IMG/VR virus record: IMGVR_UViG_3300035698_011365
Coordinates: 9,674 to 73,673 of that record
DNA from: a virus
Length of the DNA stretch: 64,000 nucleotides
Strand: one strand, 5' to 3'
Below the pieces are notes generated by a model. That model was not told the origin of the DNA, ran no database searches, and saw only the letters and a list, made by a program, of their open reading frames with translations. The position numbers and the translations under genes were made by a program. This document shows, piece by piece, positions 58,409 to 64,000 of the stretch. Position 1 is the stretch's first letter, and each line of letters begins with the position of its first letter.

Positions 58409-59685
58409 TATAATCCTCTATATTTTGGAGGCAATTCACCATATAAATAAACTTTATCAGATGCTCTAGTAACTGCAACATGTAGCATACGGGCTACTAC
58501 ATTTGGTTGATTACATTTACCTATATCAGATAGGTTAATGAATACCTTTTTGTATGTGGAGCCTTGAGCTTTATATACAGTAGAAGCATGAGTAGGTCTT
58601 AAATCTGCAAAGTGCTCTTTAAGCATGAAATACATAGCCCAACTCCCAGATTTTTTAGCATCTGAAGCTGCTTGCCTCAAGAAGTTTTTTAATTGTATTT
58701 GGTTTGAAGGGACGAAGCATTTAATAACCCCTCTAATCATTACCCAATAACCATCTAAACCATATTCATTACCGGGAGAAGAACTTGATACTTTTCCTGT
58801 TGATTCAGTAGTCATTAGGGATTTACCAGATCCATCAGGAGACATTACAGGGCTACTAGCTACTAAAACTTCACCTGCTTGAGGAGCTGGATCACTATAG
58901 AAAAGTTTCCTGATATGTGTGTTATATTGTTTGACTGTGGCATTACTCCATGCAACTACTTTAGCATCATTTCTTTGGAATCCGGGCTTTGAGTAAGCGC
59001 TCTCCACTTCCATTTGGAATTCTGGGCCTGTGCAGTGTTTAATCACTTGGCCATCAGGCACGATAGGCTCGAATATACCAGTATCAATTGTTTTTCTAAG
59101 CTGTATCGCTAGATCAGCAATAGGCCCTGAAGCAGCAAATCTCTTGGAGCTTGTTAATTCACCTTGCAGTTTTACTTTAGTGAATACAGGGCAAGTAGTC
59201 TCATTAACATTAGTTAATTGATAAGGGTCTCCGATGTGGACTGTCTTACAATCCATTGTGGATGCTTTTATCATCTCGTAGAGCTGAGTGTTTTCTTGAC
59301 TGGCTTCATCAACGAAAACAATACTGTTATGGACTACAGTATAGTTAGTAGTTTTTTTCAGGGAGGTTTTGCCATTTGTTATATTGTTTGAAACCTTAAG
59401 GCCTAGGAGGGAATGAATGGTATTAGCTTGCATACCTGATGCATTGCTTAAGACCTCTGCAGCTTTATTTGTGGTAGCTGTACAGAATATTTTAGTTCCT
59501 GAATGATCAGGAGAGATTAATCCCTTGATTTTGTTAGAAGCTCTAACTGAATCAATTAGATATCTGGTTAGATAGCTTTTACCACATCCGGGATAGCCTT
59601 TAATAACCATTTCACTGTGATCAGGTGTTCTAAGGAACTTGTTGAACATATCTGCAACAGTTTGCTGATCTGTAGTTAATGGCAT
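58408..59685 (-). CDS. Dda-like SF1 helicase (N4 gp37-like)
   Basis: GYPGCGKS, TTNKAA, VDEAS, GDPYQL, TVYKAQGSTY, VAVTRA. Confidence 0.95.
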   Translation of the reverse strand: MPLTTDQQTVADMFNKFLRTPDHSEMVIKGYPGCGKSYLTRYLIDSVRASNKIKGLISPDHSGTKIFCTATTNKAAEVLSNASGMQANTIHSLLGLKVSNNITNGKTSLKKTTNYTVVHNSIVFVDEASQENTQLYEMIKASTMDCKTVHIGDPYQLTNVNETTCPVFTKVKLQGELTSSKRFAASGPIADLAIQLRKTIDTGIFEPIVPDGQVIKHCTGPEFQMEVESAYSKPGFQRNDAKVVAWSNATVKQYNTHIRKLFYSDPAPQAGEVLVASSPVMSPDGSGKSLMTTESTGKVSSSSPGNEYGLDGYWVMIRGVIKCFVPSNQIQLKNFLRQAASDAKKSGSWAMYFMLKEHFADLRPTHASTVYKAQGSTYKKVFINLSDIGKCNQPNVVARMLHVAVTRASDKVYLYGELPPKYRGL

Positions 59686-59696
59686 AAAGTAATCCT

Positions 59697-59867
59697 TTAA
59701 GGGAATAGGTTTAAATGTTTGATTAATATATCACATTCATCAATAGGGTTGTTATCTAATTTACATAACATGATGGTGTTCGGTAATGAGTGGTAATACT
59801 TGCAGCTCTTGCATTTCTCATTACTCATATTTTTTTGTCTGAGCTCGCTGAGGTCTTCATTATTCAT
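59697..59867 (-). CDS. Small Cys-containing protein (56 aa)
   Basis: CKSC...C...C; fills the intergenic gap; weak RBS. Confidence 0.45.
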   Translation of the reverse strand: MNNEDLSELRQKNMSNEKCKSCKYYHSLPNTIMLCKLDNNPIDECDILIKHLNLFP

Positions 59868-59891
59868 TGGGTCGATTACTTTCTTCCCCTG

Positions 59892-61019
59892 TTACTGATC
59901 GAATACTAGATCATAGTGAATGAGAGTGCCGAAGTTAACTTCAGCATTAGGGTTATTTACAGATATCCATACTACAGGGTATCCGGGGTCTTTTTGTATT
60001 TTACTACACCAAAAATCACTAAATACTATTAATATTGTAGGTGCCCCATGTTTCTCAAAATACTTAAAGACAGGAGTTAAATCCGTACCGCCACCACCAG
60101 TGAACTTGACATCATCCATAGTGTCTTCTTTTGATAATTCATACACGTTATTGATTTGAGTATCAAATTCAAGAATGGTGGTTTTAGTAGGTTTAAGGTT
60201 GTCTCTCATATACTTTGTTTCACCAAAATAAAGAGAGAACTCCTCTGGACTAACAGAACCACTAGCATCAAATGCTAGAGCTAATTCACCCATACTTTCA
60301 CCGTGTAGTCCCGGTAAATAATAGTCTGGGAAGAATCTTCTGTTAGGTTTTCTGAAACTATAGTCAGTTTTGTCGAAAGCAGTCATATAGTTTTGGAGGA
60401 TAGTAAACCAATTAAGCTTAGGATTAGTAAGCTCATTGATCATTCTAGCAATATCACCAGGGATTGTTCCCGGGTCATCACCATCCATTTTAGATTTTTG
60501 GGATGCTTTAGTTAGAATCTGTTGAATATTTTGTTGTATTTGGGCTTTGTCAGCGTCGCTCATGCCCTCTCCGTAAGGATCAACAAGATCTCCCTGAAAG
60601 TCTTCCGGAGGGTCTGGAAGGAGCTTATAGACCTCTTCTGTGGACATACCCCTATATTGAGAATCTACACACCCTCCTTCAGGGAGTTCATAATTATTAT
60701 CTTTGAGCATAATATTAATGACGTAGTCAGCCGCAACATTATACTTCTTTTTGTTAAGATACTGTCCACGAGTTACATGATCAAAAGCAACGTGCCATGC
60801 TTCATGCGCTAATAAGGCAATTCTTTGCTTTGGGTTGAGATCCATAAACCAATTAGGATTTATAGTTAGGTTTGCCCCGTCCGTTTGTGCGGTGGGTACT
60901 TTATCATCCCAAGCATGTCTTAATGAAAATAGAATAGTGCAAATAAATGCACTATTATGTAAGGTCATCAAGGCTACCTTGGCACGATTGAAACCTTTTT
61001 CAAGTTCTTTATCGTCCAT
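59892..61019 (-). CDS. Metallopeptidase-like + vWA protein (N4 gp25-like, DUF2201)
   Basis: TAQTDG, HEAWH, DASGS, GGGGTD, FSD. Confidence 0.9.
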   Translation of the reverse strand: MDDKELEKGFNRAKVALMTLHNSAFICTILFSLRHAWDDKVPTAQTDGANLTINPNWFMDLNPKQRIALLAHEAWHVAFDHVTRGQYLNKKKYNVAADYVINIMLKDNNYELPEGGCVDSQYRGMSTEEVYKLLPDPPEDFQGDLVDPYGEGMSDADKAQIQQNIQQILTKASQKSKMDGDDPGTIPGDIARMINELTNPKLNWFTILQNYMTAFDKTDYSFRKPNRRFFPDYYLPGLHGESMGELALAFDASGSVSPEEFSLYFGETKYMRDNLKPTKTTILEFDTQINNVYELSKEDTMDDVKFTGGGGTDLTPVFKYFEKHGAPTILIVFSDFWCSKIQKDPGYPVVWISVNNPNAEVNFGTLIHYDLVFDQ

Positions 61020-61027
61020 GATACTTC

Positions 61028-62071
61028 CTACATTAAGTCTTTAGCGTTTCTAGAAATCCAAGCATCAACACTAGGAGTTGTTGTGAGTGCGCTGTTACGA
61101 ATAATAGCACCCTTAAGACTGTAAATTTGGAATTCCAGTGGAAGACGTTCCATAGCCTGCATAAGAGTATCTACATTGGTTTCAGTGATATGTTTAGCAA
61201 TCAAACCAGACATAGCATACATGATGCTTGGTTCGGCATCCCACTGAACTGTCTTAGGCGCTGCTAAGATGTTCTCAATAGTAGGAATACGGCCGTAAAT
61301 TTGGCAGAACGAGGTGAATTCCATAGCCGTACCTTCACCGATAGTACCAGCAACAATAGCCATTTTATCAGCAGGAATATCAGACCATGGACTGACAATT
61401 CTAGATAAGAATTCCCATGTACGAGGACAAGGAAATGTTTTATCTGCATGATCAGGGCTGAAGTAATGAAGTAGTTCAGGTCGAAAGGCTACAAATGACA
61501 TAATACGATGATCAATGTTTTCTTTACCGGCCCAAGCCATCCAATCAGATAGATCTGGTTCCATTTCAAAGTGGATCAGTCTTGACTGCATTGCTGTAGA
61601 CATGCGGTTAACAATAGCCCTATCTGTAGCTAAGTTACCTGCACAAATGATGTGAACATCTTTATGAAGCTTGTGTAAACCAACTTCTTTATCCAATACT
61701 ATCTTATAGGCTGCTGCCTGTACTGAAGGAGGTGCTGAATTAAATTCATCCATCAATAGGAGCCAACCATTATAATGCTTACCTTTTTCGTTAAGAGGAA
61801 TTTCATCCCCTTCAATTGGGAAAGTATTCATAGGCACATAGCTCGCTTTAGTGCGCTCATTATTGATCATAGGGAATCCACCGAGGTCGGTAGGATCACA
61901 CTGAGATAAACGAAGATCTATTACTTTCAGATTTTTATCTGAAGCGATCTTACGTGCAATTGTAGACTTACCTAATCCGGGTGATGATACCAGCATTGGT
62001 ACTAGGCCAGCTCTAAGGGCATCTTGTAATAATACAGGAGCTTTAGAGGGGGTTATTGTAATTGTACTCAT
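61028..62071 (-). CDS. MoxR-like AAA+ ATPase (N4 gp24-like)
   Basis: SPGLGKS, DEFN, AGN, PRTWE. Confidence 0.9.
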   Translation of the reverse strand: MSTITITPSKAPVLLQDALRAGLVPMLVSSPGLGKSTIARKIASDKNLKVIDLRLSQCDPTDLGGFPMINNERTKASYVPMNTFPIEGDEIPLNEKGKHYNGWLLLMDEFNSAPPSVQAAAYKIVLDKEVGLHKLHKDVHIICAGNLATDRAIVNRMSTAMQSRLIHFEMEPDLSDWMAWAGKENIDHRIMSFVAFRPELLHYFSPDHADKTFPCPRTWEFLSRIVSPWSDIPADKMAIVAGTIGEGTAMEFTSFCQIYGRIPTIENILAAPKTVQWDAEPSIMYAMSGLIAKHITETNVDTLMQAMERLPLEFQIYSLKGAIIRNSALTTTPSVDAWISRNAKDLM

Positions 62072-62128
62072 TCTTTTCTTCCTTGTTTATGATTAAATTA
62101 TATCATAGACAACAGCCGGAGGCTGCTG

Positions 62129-62296
62129 TTAATGAACCCAAGGCGTTCCAAGCCATGTAGAAATACCATGGAGAATTGCTACTGGGAAGATGAGGGCACC
62201 GGCAATCATAAGTAACCAAGCAGATGCTTGAATACAGGTTACGATATGTGTGAGCCATGCTCCTATTGTTAGCAGGAGTAATACTAATTGGATCAT
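62129..62296 (-). CDS. Small membrane protein (55 aa)
   Basis: AWLTHIVTCI...GALIFPVAILHG; AAGGA RBS. Confidence 0.7.
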   Translation of the reverse strand: MIQLVLLLLTIGAWLTHIVTCIQASAWLLMIAGALIFPVAILHGISTWLGTPWVH

Positions 62297-62305
62297 TTTA
62301 TTTCC

Positions 62306-62554
62306 TTAATTTAGTTTTTTGAGTGATTCGTTCTTAATAGGATATTGAAGAACTTCTTTTTTGATTTCGTTAGTGGTAATGTCCTCTTTAGGGACTCCAC
62401 AAACTGAAGCTATCAAGGTAGCTAACATATCTAAATAATCTTTTAGAGATGATTTGGTTATATCCACATTTTTCTCACCGGCATTTCTAAATTTAATGCT
62501 GAGGTTCCATGTGACTACTGTTTCTTTTTTAAACTTTTGGTTTGAATCTGCCAT
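62306..62554 (-). CDS. Hypothetical protein
   Basis: Start moved to MADSNQKF to reduce overlap. Confidence 0.55.
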   Translation of the reverse strand: MADSNQKFKKETVVTWNLSIKFRNAGEKNVDITKSSLKDYLDMLATLIASVCGVPKEDITTNEIKKEVLQYPIKNESLKKLN

Positions 62555-62879
62555 GAGCTTCTTTCGCTTCTTCCATGCTGTCATAAGTTTCATTTTTTGG
62601 GTCAAATGCATCAAGATCTAAGGTATAGGACGGAGTAGCTAAGGCTATTTTCATGATTACGTTAGGCCTCTTTTCTTTTGCAAGTATAGCCATTAATCCA
62701 GCACATTGTTGTGGGTTCTCTGCTTCAGCAGTACCATGAGATTCATGTGGTAATGTCTTATGGCATTGAAAAGCTTTAGCAAAAAATATTTCATCTAAAC
62801 GCTCTTGTTTCAATTGGTAGAGGTGTCCCTGTCCTTTTCTAAAGGGACAGGAAACACAAGGTCTCTTCAGATCAAAGAT
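62529..62879 (-). CDS. Cys-rich phage protein (CxxC...CH...C) with an apparent ATC start
   Basis: Frame is open upstream of the TTG call: (I)FDLKRPCVSCPFRK...FQCHKT...QQCAG. Confidence 0.6.
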   Translation of the reverse strand: MFDLKRPCVSCPFRKGQGHLYQLKQERLDEIFFAKAFQCHKTLPHESHGTAEAENPQQCAGLMAILAKEKRPNVIMKIALATPSYTLDLDAFDPKNETYDSMEEAKEAHGRFKPKV

Positions 62880-63385
62880 TACTCTGAAACCTTAAATTCT
62901 ACGCCTGCAGCTACTAGAGCTGTAAGTATCTCTAGAGCCAGATTATTAATAGGTTTGGTTGCCTGTACTAAAGCATAATCACCAATTACCTTGTCGAGTA
63001 CATCACAAACAACATCCATACCAAGAGGTTTAGGTTCTTCTTGCTCTTGCTTACTCTTATACATAACAGTAATTATTTCAGCATATGCTTCTGTTTTAAT
63101 AGCCATTTGATCAGAGGCTTGCTTCATTACTGTTGCAAGTTTTTGATGACGATTGAAGATAAACATATTTGTTAGTACTTGGATCGGATACTCAAATGGC
63201 GCCATCTCGAACTCTAAGTTCATTGGGACTGGTATCTCTGTATAGGTAATAGGATTAGTGTCAGGATCAAAAGATACAAATACTATTTCTTTTTCCACAT
63301 TTTGCTGAAAAGCATAATAGTTAGAGTCTTCGCCTATATAAATTAGGCGTTGATCTGTGACATTAGTTGTTGAATATTTTATCAT
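62879..63385 (-). CDS. Hypothetical protein
   Basis: 168-aa coupled ORF. Confidence 0.7.
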   Translation of the reverse strand: MIKYSTTNVTDQRLIYIGEDSNYYAFQQNVEKEIVFVSFDPDTNPITYTEIPVPMNLEFEMAPFEYPIQVLTNMFIFNRHQKLATVMKQASDQMAIKTEAYAEIITVMYKSKQEQEEPKPLGMDVVCDVLDKVIGDYALVQATKPINNLALEILTALVAAGVEFKVSE

Positions 63386-63513
63386 GGTTTTCTCATTTCT
63401 GTTTCATAGCCTTTAATCATTTTGCCGTAAGTTAAGCCATACACCTCTGGAAATGCAAACCATATAGAGATATAAACTACCACTAAAAATAAAAGATAAT
63501 TTTTCATTGTCAT
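63382..63513 (-). CDS. Small membrane protein (43 aa)
   Basis: MTMKNYLLFLVVVYISIWFAF...; ATGA overlap. Confidence 0.55.
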   Translation of the reverse strand: MTMKNYLLFLVVVYISIWFAFPEVYGLTYGKMIKGYETEMRKP

Positions 63514-63516
63514 TTT

Positions 63517-63768
63517 TTAGAAATAACTCCTTAAATTACGTATGTAGCAAGGTGCTCCACAGAATTCACCACCACCAGAGGGTAGAAAGGTATCTAGGTT
63601 GTCTGTAACGTCCATAGAGCAGCCCTTACAGGCTACTTTAGCATCTTTGGCTCTGTTCATAGCTCTAAGCCTTTTATTGTTGTCTAGAGCCTGTGCTACG
63701 CCTTTATTAGCACCGTGATAGAAGGCTTTGGCTACATCAATTTTGTTCATTACTATGGAACCTTTCAA
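63517..63768 (-). CDS. Small zinc-finger-like protein
   Basis: CKGC...FCGAPC; real start may be ATG 63750. Confidence 0.6.
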   Translation of the reverse strand: MKGSIVMNKIDVAKAFYHGANKGVAQALDNNKRLRAMNRAKDAKVACKGCSMDVTDNLDTFLPSGGGEFCGAPCYIRNLRSYF

Positions 63769-63830
63769 TTTAAAAATTCAAACATTATTTCATTAGTGCT
63801 TTCTGTTCGTCACTGAATATCATTTTAACA

Positions 63831-64000
63831 TTACTCATTTGAGACGCCTTTCAGGGGAACGGGTGGTTGTTGCATAACCTCATACTCATCTTCTGATATT
63901 GCTTTAACAAAAATGGATGGGTTGCGGCTAAGGCACTCCATAAAAGATGGTTCTAAGTTTAATTCTTTCGCCCATTCATTAACTAATTTTGAAAATCTAT
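63831..64000 (-). CDS. Partial hypothetical protein (5' end outside the window)
   Basis: Open frame RFSKLVNEWAKELNLEPSF...SNE*. Confidence 0.5.
   Translation of the reverse strand, partial: RFSKLVNEWAKELNLEPSFMECLSRNPSIFVKAISEDEYEVMQQPPVPLKGVSNE

Noticed and set aside
1-64000. tRNAs, CRISPR arrays, integrase, reverse transcriptase/DGR, alternative genetic code
   Set aside because: None recognised by eye; core genes are intact under code 11 with all three stops in use; tRNAscan-SE would confirm

Overview
About 64 kb of an N4-like phage (Schitoviridae) genome, circularly permuted so that the probable genome ends meet near 3.1-3.5 kb. The spanins indicate a Gram-negative host. (1) 1-3.0 kb, minus strand: early genes, including an N4 gp2/Drc-like protein, a SLOG protein and an XRE+sigma-region-4 protein, behind three hairpin promoters. 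(2) 4.2-47.9 kb, plus strand: small right-end genes, an accessory fibre cassette, terminase, adaptor, a collagen/gp38-like tail fibre, a split LapG-like protease cassette, lysis genes, portal, major capsid, gp55-gp51 homologues and a 3719-aa virion RNA polymerase. (3) 47.9-64 kb, minus strand: resolvase, SSB, AAA_24 ATPase, primase, exonuclease, DNA polymerase A, Dda-like helicase, vWA/MoxR pair and small ORFs. The RNAP II subunits are not in the window. Most unusual points: the split lipoprotein + transglutaminase-like (BTLCP/LapG) protease, a gp54-like protein expanded to 777 aa, a ~110-aa capsid insertion, variant KGT-loop hairpin promoters, a self-contained repeat-rich fibre operon, a candidate sRNA, and a gene that appears to start at ATC. 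All homology calls come from motif recall and gene order, not database searches.
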